The translations under genes were made by a program, and so were the position numbers. 64,000 nt of DNA from Pseudorhodobacter sp. (GTDB taxonomy: Bacteria > Pseudomonadota > Alphaproteobacteria > Rhodobacterales > Rhodobacteraceae): positions 582 to 64,581 of the forward strand of contig JANOGW010000049.1 of NCBI GenBank assembly GCA_031406155.1. Reading direction: 5' to 3'. Under the pieces are notes generated by a model. The model saw only the letters and a list, made by a program, of their open reading frames with translations. It made no database searches and had not been told where the DNA came from. Of this stretch, positions 35,630 to 44,329 are shown piece after piece. Position 1 is the stretch's first letter. Each line of letters starts with the position of its first letter.

Positions 35630-35807
35630 AGCTCTTTCAGGTCTGGGGCAGACGCGTGGCACACCTGCGAATCTGGCGGTTTGCTCTGGGCGGTCATGCC
35701 TGATCGCTCTTTTGCCTGTTTCTATTTCGTGAACAAAGGTCGCTGTCCACCAGACACGGGCCAATGACAGAAACAGCACTCCACCGCGGCCTCGAAAAAA
35801 AATCTGA

Positions 35808-36878
35808 TCACTCAGCCCCCTGCCCCACCCTTGCGCGCACATAGCCCAGATAGGCCCGATCGACAGCACGTAGCCGCGGCCTGCCAGAAGCCGCCCAGTA
35901 GGCGCGCCAATCGGCCTCCAGCGCGTAGATATCCCAACCCGGGGCCAGGCTGCGGGCCGTGTCATGGGTGGCACTGGCCAGCGGTGGCAGTTGCAGCCCC
36001 TGCCCAGCCCCTGTTTCCAGAACGGTCACGCGGTTGACAAAGCGGATGATGTCGCCGGGGTCTTCGGCCATGGTATAGTCGGGCAGGTGATCGGCCGTGA
36101 TCATCTCGCGCAGCATGGCGCGGAATACCCGGCGCGGACTGGCAGAGCCGGATTTCTTCAACAACGTGTCGACCGAAACGCGCCAGCTGTCCTGCCGGCC
36201 GCAATGCTTGCGCGCCAGTTCATAGATGCGCCGCTCCAGCGGTTTGCGCAGCCGGAAATAATCGCGGCTCAGCGTCAGCACCGCCGACGACATCACCGCG
36301 CGGTAAAGCCAGTCCGACAGCGTGACCGACACCGATATCATCCGCCCGCTCCGGGTCTTGCGGGCAATTTCCCAGCCCTCGATCAGGCCAAAGCCGCGGG
36401 TAACCTCGATCCCGTCCCCACCCTGCCCCTCAATTGCCAGGTTGGTGGTGATCCGGGTGCCAGCCAAGCGTTCAAACGCCTCACGCAGCCGCCGGTACGC
36501 ATCGCCCGAGGTTTCGCGGTTGGTAGCCACCAGCAGATCATGCGCGCGCAGGGTCAGAGTGCGGCTGACGCTGCGGCCCGTGTTCAGCGCCGCCATCAAC
36601 TGACTGATGCAGTAGATCAGAATGTCCTTGTCATGGATGGTGGCAAGCCCACGCACCGACGGGGTCACGGTGATATCAACGCCGTTATGGACATAGGCAA
36701 GGATGCGCAGATCGGGCTTCGTCGCCAATGAAAACACCGGGTGTTCCATGGTCGCCATATCGTCCTTGGGCAGCGCATCTAGGATATCGCAAACGAAAAA
36801 ATCGCCCGTCGGGTGCCTATGCGGCACCAACCCCCCTGCCCTGCCTGTGCTCACCACTGTCACTGTCGTTGCCTGCAT
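35808..36878 (-). CDS. repA: Plasmid replication initiator protein (RPA / Replication initiator protein A family)
   Basis: DFFVCDILDALPKDDMATMEHPVFSLATKPD...GLATIHDKDILIYCISQL matches the conserved N-terminal core of RPA-type initiators. The longest ORF starts at GTG 36962, but that codon lies inside a perfect DnaA box, so ATG 36878 is preferred. Confidence 0.85.
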   Translation of the reverse strand: MQATTVTVVSTGRAGGLVPHRHPTGDFFVCDILDALPKDDMATMEHPVFSLATKPDLRILAYVHNGVDITVTPSVRGLATIHDKDILIYCISQLMAALNTGRSVSRTLTLRAHDLLVATNRETSGDAYRRLREAFERLAGTRITTNLAIEGQGGDGIEVTRGFGLIEGWEIARKTRSGRMISVSVTLSDWLYRAVMSSAVLTLSRDYFRLRKPLERRIYELARKHCGRQDSWRVSVDTLLKKSGSASPRRVFRAMLREMITADHLPDYTMAEDPGDIIRFVNRVTVLETGAGQGLQLPPLASATHDTARSLAPGWDIYALEADWRAYWAASGRPRLRAVDRAYLGYVRARVGQGAE

Positions 36879-36954
36879 TCCGCCCCGGTTCCCGCTGGAT
36901 ATCCCCCAAACAGCCCGAGATTCGTTTCGTGGTTTTAGTGACACCACGCTAGAG

Positions 36955-36963
36955 TTATCCACA
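36955..36963 (+). promoter_or_regulatory. Perfect consensus DnaA box TTATCCACA
   Basis: Read directly. It lies 23 bp from the first iteron, upstream of the initiator gene. Confidence 0.6.
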
Positions 36964-36985
36964 GCGTCGGTCCAGCCCGGCTTTC

Positions 36986-37044
36986 GGGGGTTCAGAGTCA
37001 GACGAACGGGGGATCAGAGTCGCATCATCGGGGGTTCAGAGTCA
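36986..37044. repeat. Three iteron-like direct repeats GGGGG(T/A)TCAGAGTC(A/G) on an exact 22-bp register (candidate oriV)
   Basis: Copies at 36986-37000, 37008-37022 and 37030-37044. They are followed by an A8 tract and a ~230-bp A/T-rich stretch up to parA. Confidence 0.7.
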
Positions 37045-37288
37045 TGCAATCTAAAAAAAAGCCCGATTTGTACATAAGACACAGCGGCTTACGGACGGGG
37101 CTTTTCTACTTAACTGATTCAATAACTCCGATTATAACTGCAAAAAGATGAGGACATCTTTGCCAAACGCAGAAAACAACCCCAAAATCCCAGAAATTGC
37201 TTAGAATAAAAAGGTTTTGTGCGCCCTTTGCTTCCATATGCTGCGTTTTGTGGTATATGTTTAAAAACAGCATACATGGGGTCAACCG

Positions 37289-38677
37289 ATGTCCAAAGAC
37301 GGTGACGAGCAGCCGCCCTATTTCAACATCAACCCCGAGACGGCTTTGGCTGATCTGGGGCCTGCGACCGGCACCGCGGACTTTGCCGCCCTTGCCGATG
37401 CCTGTGCGCGGGGCCGGGCCGATCTTGCCAGTCGCGGGATCAAGGAAGAAGGCCGCAAAACGCTGCGGCTGTTTTCGACGTGGGAGATTACGCGCTACCT
37501 GATCCCGGTGGCGCCTGCGCATTTTCGCCGCGTGCTGAAGGCCAATCCCGATTTGCCGCAGGGCCGATCCGAAACCGAAACCGGCGCCAGGTGGTTCATG
37601 CTGGATGAAGTGCTGCGCCTGCGCGCGCATTTCGCCGCCGAAGGATCCCGTGCCAAGGAATACCTGCCTTACCGCCCCAAGGGATTGCCGGCAAAAATCG
37701 TCGCTGTGGCCAATTTCAAGGGCGGTGTCGGCAAGACCTCGACTGCGGCGCATCTGGCGATGTCGGCAGCACTTGATGGCTACAAGGTGCTGGTGATCGA
37801 TCTGGACAGCCAAGGCTCGATGACCTCGATCTTTGGCGGCCGGGTGGCGGATGAATGGCAGACTGTATTCCCGCTGATCGCGCGGCATTATGCCGGGCAT
37901 CTGCGGGCCGAAAATCAGATGCGGCTGGCGCGGGGTGAGGCGCCGTTGCCGCTGGACGAGACGATGACCGAGGCGCTGAGGATCACGGCGCAGGATGTCA
38001 TCCAGAAAACCCATTGGCCGAACATCGATCTGATCGGGGCGCAGTTGAACCTATACTGGGCCGAGTTCCAGATCCCCGTCTGGCGCATGCAGGCGCGTGG
38101 CTGGAAGCTGTGGGATGCGCTGACCGACATGCTGGACGCCGACGGCGTGCTGGATGCCTATGACATCGTGCTTTTGGATACGCCCCCTGCCCTTGGGTAC
38201 CTCACGATCAACGGGCTGGCGGCGTCGGATATCCTGCTGGTACCGGTGGGGGCCTCGTTTCTGGAGTTTGACTCTACGGGACGGTTCTTTGACATGCTGC
38301 ATTCGACATTCTCGTCAATCGAAACCGGGGAAAACATGGCCGCACGGGCCTTGGGACGGCCGGAGCTGGCGTTTGAGTGGGATGCGGTGCGCGCGGTCAT
38401 CACCCGCTATGACGGCGCGCAGCAGGCCGAACTGGCGGGGCTGATGCAGGCCTATCTGGGGCGCAGCCTCAGCCCCTACCGGCAGGATTTCACCGCGCTG
38501 ATCGGTCAGGCGGGCGAACGGATATCGGGCATCTACGAGGCGGATTACCGCGATTTCAACCGCGATACCTATACCCGGGGTCGCGAAACCTTTGATCAGA
38601 CCTATGCCGCCTTCAAGCGCCTGCTGCTGGGGGTCTGGCGACGGGATGAATTGAAAGCGCAGGGCAATTTGATTTAG
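37289..38677 (+). CDS. parA: ParA-family partition ATPase with long N-terminal (HTH-like) extension
   Basis: Deviant Walker A KIVAVANFKGGVGKTSTAAHLA, then VLVIDLDSQGS and DIVLLDTPPALG. It is divergent from the initiator gene. Confidence 0.9.
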   Translation: MSKDGDEQPPYFNINPETALADLGPATGTADFAALADACARGRADLASRGIKEEGRKTLRLFSTWEITRYLIPVAPAHFRRVLKANPDLPQGRSETETGARWFMLDEVLRLRAHFAAEGSRAKEYLPYRPKGLPAKIVAVANFKGGVGKTSTAAHLAMSAALDGYKVLVIDLDSQGSMTSIFGGRVADEWQTVFPLIARHYAGHLRAENQMRLARGEAPLPLDETMTEALRITAQDVIQKTHWPNIDLIGAQLNLYWAEFQIPVWRMQARGWKLWDALTDMLDADGVLDAYDIVLLDTPPALGYLTINGLAASDILLVPVGASFLEFDSTGRFFDMLHSTFSSIETGENMAARALGRPELAFEWDAVRAVITRYDGAQQAELAGLMQAYLGRSLSPYRQDFTALIGQAGERISGIYEADYRDFNRDTYTRGRETFDQTYAAFKRLLLGVWRRDELKAQGNLI

Positions 38678-38747
38678 GTGCCCTGCCCTACGGAAAAGGC
38701 TCTAACATGGCTGAAACTATGTATGGTTGGCGGTAAGGAGGCAAAGA

Positions 38748-39758
38748 ATGGCAAAACGCAAGCGATTAACACCGCCACAAGAGACCTATCTTGCCCCGGT
38801 TACGGCCGAAAATAAGGCTCTGAACGGCCCTTTCGGGTCTGTTGTGCGTAGCCCTGCCCCGATTGCCCAGATGGCCGGCGATGCCGCTGCGGTGGCGGCC
38901 CTGCGTGAAGTTACGGAAGAGCTGCACTCGGCCCGCGCTGAAGGGCGGTTGGTGCAGCAAGTACCGCTTACCGCGATCGAGGTGGAACACCTGCTGCGCG
39001 ACCGCATCCATCACGACGACGAAGACATGGCGGCGCTGAGGGCAAGCCTGCGGGCGCGCGGCCAGCAGACGCCGATCGATCTGGTTGATCTTGGCAGTGG
39101 GCGTTACGGCCTGATCTCGGGCTGGCGTCGGTTGATGGCGCTAAGCGATCTGCACGCCGAGACGGGAGAGGCTCGTTTTTCCACGATTCAGGCTCTGTTA
39201 CGGCGGCCCGACGGGTCTGCGGATGCCTATCTGGCCATGGTCGAGGAAAACGAAATTCGCGTGGGCCTTGGCCATTACGAACGCGCCCGCATTGCGGCAA
39301 AAGCAGCAGAAGCGGGTGTTTATCCGGATCTGCACGCAGCATTACGGCATCTTTTTTCGGCGGCAAGCCGGGCGAAACGATCAAAAATCGGCACGTTCGT
39401 GTCGATCTACAAAGCCCTTGATGGCGCGCTGCAATTTCCCGGCGCAATTTCTGAACGCCTTGGCCTTGCACTGGCCGCAGCCCTGGAGGCCGATGCGACA
39501 CTTGGCGCGCGTTTGGTGCGGATGCTGGACGATGCGAATCCGAAATCCCCACCCGAGGAGCAATCGCTGCTGGCCAGAGCGCTGCGGCCTGCGAGGCCAG
39601 ACAAAGGTTCGCCTCGGAAAACAGGGAAAAACATCGCGCCCGGCATCACGTTGCGTGTTTCGGGGAAGGGTGTGCAGGCGCAATATACTTTGTCGGGTCC
39701 CGGCCTTGGCGGGGATTTCGAGGCGAGGTTGGTGGGTTGGCTGAAATTATCCAGCTAG
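38748..39758 (+). CDS. parB: ParB-family partition protein
   Basis: Start taken at ATG 38748, behind AAGGAGG (38735-38741). The ParB N-terminal domain region is RGQQTPIDLVDLGSGRYGLISGWRRLMAL. Confidence 0.85.
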   Translation: MAKRKRLTPPQETYLAPVTAENKALNGPFGSVVRSPAPIAQMAGDAAAVAALREVTEELHSARAEGRLVQQVPLTAIEVEHLLRDRIHHDDEDMAALRASLRARGQQTPIDLVDLGSGRYGLISGWRRLMALSDLHAETGEARFSTIQALLRRPDGSADAYLAMVEENEIRVGLGHYERARIAAKAAEAGVYPDLHAALRHLFSAASRAKRSKIGTFVSIYKALDGALQFPGAISERLGLALAAALEADATLGARLVRMLDDANPKSPPEEQSLLARALRPARPDKGSPRKTGKNIAPGITLRVSGKGVQAQYTLSGPGLGGDFEARLVGWLKLSS

Positions 39759-39789
39759 GGCAGCGATTGCTTGCTGTGGTGGCCTTACC

Positions 39790-40782
39790 ATGGAAGAAGG
39801 GCCTGAACCGGTCCAATGCGGCCCTTTCTACGGTAGTTCACACGTGACCGAAACGCGCCCAAAAACCTCCATCCTCATCATCAGCTACAACACAAGAGAG
39901 ATGACACTGGCCTGCTTGCGGTCGGTCATCGCCGAAACGCGGTCGTCGCATGAGGTGATTGTACTTGATAACAACTCTGCGGATGGTTCGGCGGCGGCCA
40001 TAGCGGTGGAGTTTCCCGATCTGCTGCTGATAGCCGAGAAAGATAATCATGGCTTTGCAATGGGCAACAACCTTGCGGCCAAGCGGGCGCAGGGCGAGTA
40101 TATCTTGCTGCTAAACCCCGATACCATCGTTCTGGATGGCGCAATCGACCGTCTTGTGGCCTTTGCCGACAGCCTGCCACAGGCCAGAATCTGGGGTGGT
40201 CGCACGCTTTTTGGCGATAACAGTCTCAATACCTCGTCTTGCTGGCGCAAAATGAGCCTGTGGAACATCTTCTGCCGAACGGCTGGTCTGACGGGGGTCT
40301 TTGCGCGCAGCGCGCTGTTCAATTCCGAAGCCTATGGCGGTTGGGATCGTAACTCGATGCGGCATGTCGATATCGTCTCTGGGTGTTTTTTCCTGATCAA
40401 GCGGGCGGATTGGGAGGCGTTGGATGGCTTTGACCCTGTTTTCGTGATGTACGGCGAGGAAGCCGATCTTTGCCTGCGCGCAACGCGCGATTTGCACGCA
40501 GCGCCGCATGTCACGCCGGATGCAACGATCATCCACTATGGTGGCGCGTCGGAACGGGTTCGGGCGGACCGGGTCATCCGGGTACTGCGCGCCAAGGCCG
40601 AACTGCTGCGCCGGCACATCCCGGCCTGGCAGCGGCCCCTCGCGTGGGGGCTGTTTTTGCTGTTTCCGCTATCGCGGCGCATCGCAGCAAGTGTCGGATT
40701 GCGCAAAGGCGGTGGCGAAAGCTCCAATGTCTGGCGCGAGGTCTGGCAGCGGCGCGCAGAATGGGGAAATGGGTTTACCTGA
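39790..40782 (+). CDS. Family 2 glycosyltransferase (rhamnosyltransferase-like layout)
   Basis: TSILIISYNTREMTLACLRSV...VLDNNSADGS...GFAMGNN...LLLNPDT. Confidence 0.8.
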   Translation: MEEGPEPVQCGPFYGSSHVTETRPKTSILIISYNTREMTLACLRSVIAETRSSHEVIVLDNNSADGSAAAIAVEFPDLLLIAEKDNHGFAMGNNLAAKRAQGEYILLLNPDTIVLDGAIDRLVAFADSLPQARIWGGRTLFGDNSLNTSSCWRKMSLWNIFCRTAGLTGVFARSALFNSEAYGGWDRNSMRHVDIVSGCFFLIKRADWEALDGFDPVFVMYGEEADLCLRATRDLHAAPHVTPDATIIHYGGASERVRADRVIRVLRAKAELLRRHIPAWQRPLAWGLFLLFPLSRRIAASVGLRKGGGESSNVWREVWQRRAEWGNGFT

Positions 40783-40843
40783 ATGATAGGGTGGCGGGAA
40801 ATTGCCGTATCCCAATCGCCGGGGTACTAAGGCGCCACCCCCT

Positions 40844-40932
40844 GATGTAGTCACGCCGATGTATTTGGGATGTAGTAGGTTCAGATGTGTTTCGCACGCG
40901 AAACGACGTGTACACAGCCTTGTAACACGTCG
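40844..40932. promoter_or_regulatory. Cluster of GATGT(A/G) direct repeats and two short palindromes upstream of the T1SS operon
   Basis: GATGTA at 40844, 40858 and 40869, and GATGTG at 40884. Palindrome GTTTCGC-AC-GCGAAAC at 40889-40904. CGACGTGT (40904-40911) pairs with ACACGTCG (40925-40932). Confidence 0.3.
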
Positions 40933-41056
40933 CGTGAAAGGTCAGGGGCAGGGTTTTCTCGGAAGCTCATACTTTGAAAGAAGACAGAAATTCGGTGGTA
41001 TGGTTAGCCCGTAGCGGCTTCCGACGCCGCAATGACCGAATAGTGACAGGACCAAG

Positions 41057-42811
41057 ATGCAAGACGCCCTGAACAAGATGAACAACCCCTATCGCAAAGT
41101 GCTGCGCGAGTTGAGGCGAACCTTCATTCAGGTCGGGTTGTTCAGCGCTGCGATCAACATCCTGATGCTGACCGGGCCGATCTACATGTTGCAGGTCTAT
41201 GACCGGGTGCTGTCAAGCGGGTCTGTGGCCACGCTGCAGGGTCTGTTTGTCATCGTGGTGGTGCTTTACGCATTTCTGGGCGTCTACGAATTTTTGCGTG
41301 CACGACTGCTGTCGCGGGCCGGCTACCGGATGGATGCGCTGCTGGGCAACAAGGTTTTCGATTTCTGGATGTATCTGGGGGCGACCCAGGACCGTAGCGG
41401 CGACAACCCGCTGCGCGATCTGGATGTCGTGCGCGGCTTTCTGGCGAGCCCAGCGATTCTGGGCATCTTTGATGTGCCCTGGATCCCGTTCTTTCTGGTC
41501 ATCGTGTTTTTCATTCATCCCTGGCTTGGCTATCTGACCCTTGCCGGGGCGCTGGTCGTGGCAGTTGCCGCCCTTCTGAACCAGCTGGTCACCCGCAATG
41601 CCATTTCACGGGCTGTCGGCATCGACAGTGGCGAGCGTGGCTTTATCGAGAAGAGCCGGCGCAATGCCGAGGTGGTGCTGGCTCTTGGCATGCAACGCCG
41701 GATCGTTGACCGCTGGCGTGGCATGCATGACCAAAGCCTGGCCTATTTTCAGCTAAGCGGTGAGCGGAGCGAGGGGTTTTCCGCCTTTTCCAAGGCGTTC
41801 CGGCTGCTGTTGCAATCCATGCTGCTGACGCTGGGGGCCTATCTTGCGATCAAGCAGGAAGTCTCTGCCGGGGCGATTATTGCCACATCCATCATTGCGG
41901 GGCGGGCGCTGGCCCCGGTGGATCAGGTGATCGGGCAATGGAAATCCATCGGGCGCACCTTGCAGGCGCATCGCAGTCTGCTGGCAACGCTAGACCGGAT
42001 GCCCCCCGACCAGCGCCATATCACGCTGCCTGAACCCAAAGGCAACATTCAGGTCACCAACCTGACCAAATACGCGCCCACACAAATGCAAGCCGGGCCG
42101 CGGCAGAAAATCCTCAGCCAGTTGAACTTTTCCCTGACCCCGGGCGATGGCCTGGGCGTGATCGGCAATTCGGCTGCGGGCAAATCCAGCCTGGCCAAGG
42201 TGCTGGTGGGTGCCTGGCGGCCCGAGGGGGGGGAAATTCGACTGGACGGCGCGACGCTGGATCAATGGCATCCCGAAGATCTGGGGCGTCATATCGGCTA
42301 CCTGCCGCAGACGCTGGAAATGCTGCCGGGCACGATTGCCGAAAACATCGCGCGCTTCAATCCGCAGGCGCAGGACAAGGTGATAATCGAAGCGGCCCAG
42401 ATCGCCGGCGTGCATGAGATGATCCTGGCGCTGCCGGGGGGCTATGGCACGCCGATCGGCATGGCGGGGCAGCCCCTGTCGGGGGGTCAGATCCAGCGGA
42501 TTGGCCTGGCGCGGGCGATCTACGGCATTCCGCGGCTGATCGTGCTGGATGAGCCGAACTCCAACCTTGATGGCGGTGGCGATGATGCGCTGTCGGCGGC
42601 TATTCTGACGCTGCGCGCGCGCGGCTGCGTGGTGGTGGTGATGGCGCATCGGCCAAGCGTCATTCATGCGGTGAACAAGGTGATGATCCTGCACAAAGGC
42701 ACGATCGCGCATTTCGGCAACAAGGAAGAGATCATTCAAATGGCCATGCGCCCGGTTGATACCGAAGATGATCGCCCCGCCGAAGACCCTGTTGCACAGA
42801 GGATCGGATAG
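41057..42811 (+). CDS. Type I secretion system ABC permease/ATPase (PrtD-type, no C39 peptidase domain)
   Basis: N-terminal 6-TM region, Walker A GNSAAGKSSL, ABC signature LSGGQIQRIGLARA and Walker B LIVLDEPNSNLD. Confidence 0.9.
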   Translation: MQDALNKMNNPYRKVLRELRRTFIQVGLFSAAINILMLTGPIYMLQVYDRVLSSGSVATLQGLFVIVVVLYAFLGVYEFLRARLLSRAGYRMDALLGNKVFDFWMYLGATQDRSGDNPLRDLDVVRGFLASPAILGIFDVPWIPFFLVIVFFIHPWLGYLTLAGALVVAVAALLNQLVTRNAISRAVGIDSGERGFIEKSRRNAEVVLALGMQRRIVDRWRGMHDQSLAYFQLSGERSEGFSAFSKAFRLLLQSMLLTLGAYLAIKQEVSAGAIIATSIIAGRALAPVDQVIGQWKSIGRTLQAHRSLLATLDRMPPDQRHITLPEPKGNIQVTNLTKYAPTQMQAGPRQKILSQLNFSLTPGDGLGVIGNSAAGKSSLAKVLVGAWRPEGGEIRLDGATLDQWHPEDLGRHIGYLPQTLEMLPGTIAENIARFNPQAQDKVIIEAAQIAGVHEMILALPGGYGTPIGMAGQPLSGGQIQRIGLARAIYGIPRLIVLDEPNSNLDGGGDDALSAAILTLRARGCVVVVMAHRPSVIHAVNKVMILHKGTIAHFGNKEEIIQMAMRPVDTEDDRPAEDPVAQRIG

Positions 42812-42814
42812 ATC

Positions 42815-44128
42815 ATGACCCGCCGCCCGGAACCTGAGGTCAAATTGAAAACCAGCCTTGCCGCCACGACACGGTTTGGGGTTTTTGCCAGCCTTGCCTT
42901 GCTGATCATTGGCTTTGTCTGGATGCAAAGCACGATGATCGCGGGTGCGGTCATCGCCTCGGGGCAGGCGGTGGTCAGCGGCAAGCCAAAGGTGGTGCAA
43001 AGCCTTGATGGCGGTGTCGTGGCCGAGATCTTTGTCGAAGACGGCGATGTGGTGCGCGCGGGCGATGTGCTGTTGAAGCTGGATCCGACGCTGTTGAAGA
43101 TCAACCTCGATATCTATCGCAACCGGCTGGCCGAGGTCACGGCGCGGGAAAGCCGTCTGGAGGCCGAATATACCGGTGAGCCATCGATCACCCGCCTGCC
43201 AGTGCCCGTACAATTGGACGGTGTCGTCATTGAGCGGCATTACGTTGGCCAGCAGGCGGTGTTTCAGGCCCGCCGCGAGGTGTTGGAGGGCAAGAAGGAA
43301 CAGCTGGATGAACGCATCTTGCAGTTCGGCAACCAGACTGACGGGGTGAACGGGCAGATATCGTCGGTGCGCGATCAGCTGGAGTATGTGAAGCGCGAGC
43401 TGGACGGCCTGCAGGCGCTGAACAAGGAAGGTCTGGCCCGCGAAAGCCAGGTGCTGGAATTGCAGCGCGCACAGGCCGGCCTGCTGGGGCAGATGTCACA
43501 GTTGCAGTCGGAACTGGCGCGCATCAAGAACTCGATCCGCGATACCGAACTGGAGATCCTGCAATCCGAGCGCACCTTCAAGGAAGAGGTGGTGACCGAA
43601 CTGCGCGATGCGACCGCGACGCGCGAAGAGTTGATCCTTGATATCACCACCGTCGAAAAACAACTGGAACGGGTCGATATTCTGGCCCCCACTGATGGCA
43701 TCATCCACGAAATGCAGGTCTATACCGTGGGCGGCGTGGTTCCGCCCGAGGCGACCATCGTGCAGATCATCCCGCAAGCCGAAGGCGTGGAGTTCGAGTT
43801 GCGCATCGATCCCAAGGCGATTGACCAGATCTTTGTCGGCCAGAAGGCCAAGGTGTCCTTTCCGGCCTTCGACATGCGCACGATCCCGGAAATCTTCGGC
43901 ACGCTGTCCGAGGTGCCGCCCAGTTCGGTGACCGATCCGACCACCGGGCAATCCTATTACCGGGTGGGCTTGTCGGTGCCGCCTGCGGGGTTGGCGCTGC
44001 TGGGCAATGTCGATCTGATCCCCGGAATGCCGATCGAGGCGTTCTTGGAAACCGGCGAACGGTCGGTGCTGAGCTACCTTACAAAGCCCTTGATGGACCA
44101 GTTGTCGCGCGCGTTCCGCGAGGGATGA
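42815..44128 (+). CDS. HlyD-family type I secretion periplasmic adaptor
   Basis: Single N-terminal TM, a lipoyl-like VVQSLDGGVVAEIFVEDGDVV region, long coiled coils and a C-terminal beta-barrel region. It starts 4 nt after the ABC gene stop. Confidence 0.9.
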   Translation: MTRRPEPEVKLKTSLAATTRFGVFASLALLIIGFVWMQSTMIAGAVIASGQAVVSGKPKVVQSLDGGVVAEIFVEDGDVVRAGDVLLKLDPTLLKINLDIYRNRLAEVTARESRLEAEYTGEPSITRLPVPVQLDGVVIERHYVGQQAVFQARREVLEGKKEQLDERILQFGNQTDGVNGQISSVRDQLEYVKRELDGLQALNKEGLARESQVLELQRAQAGLLGQMSQLQSELARIKNSIRDTELEILQSERTFKEEVVTELRDATATREELILDITTVEKQLERVDILAPTDGIIHEMQVYTVGGVVPPEATIVQIIPQAEGVEFELRIDPKAIDQIFVGQKAKVSFPAFDMRTIPEIFGTLSEVPPSSVTDPTTGQSYYRVGLSVPPAGLALLGNVDLIPGMPIEAFLETGERSVLSYLTKPLMDQLSRAFREG

Positions 44129-44301
44129 TTGCCGCCAAACCCCTGCGTCCGAGCAGGGCAGGGGTGATGCAGCAGGGGCACAATGCGCATCCAATGCCCG
44201 CCTGTCGTCTGGGCAAGATTGCCTAAACACCCCGCTTGCCGCAGAATCATCCCTGAGGCGATAACCGTCAAACAAAACCGCAAAAGCGGTGCATGGAACG
44301 G

Positions 44302-44329
44302 GCAGGCAGTAGTATGCAGGCAGTAGTAT
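44302..44329. repeat. Perfect 14-bp tandem duplication GCAGGCAGTAGTAT x2 ending in the start codon of the OMF gene
   Basis: Copies at 44302-44315 and 44316-44329. ATG 44328 is formed by the end of copy 2. The equivalent ATG of copy 1 (44314) is out of frame. Confidence 0.95.

Noticed and set aside
37106-38014. 302-aa minus-strand ORF across the parA 5' half; also the idea that 37289-39758 is a repABC operon
   Set aside because: The plus frame carries the ParA Walker motifs, so the antisense ORF is spurious. It is not repABC because no repC follows parB (a GT2 gene does), and a separate RPA-type initiator sits divergently upstream.
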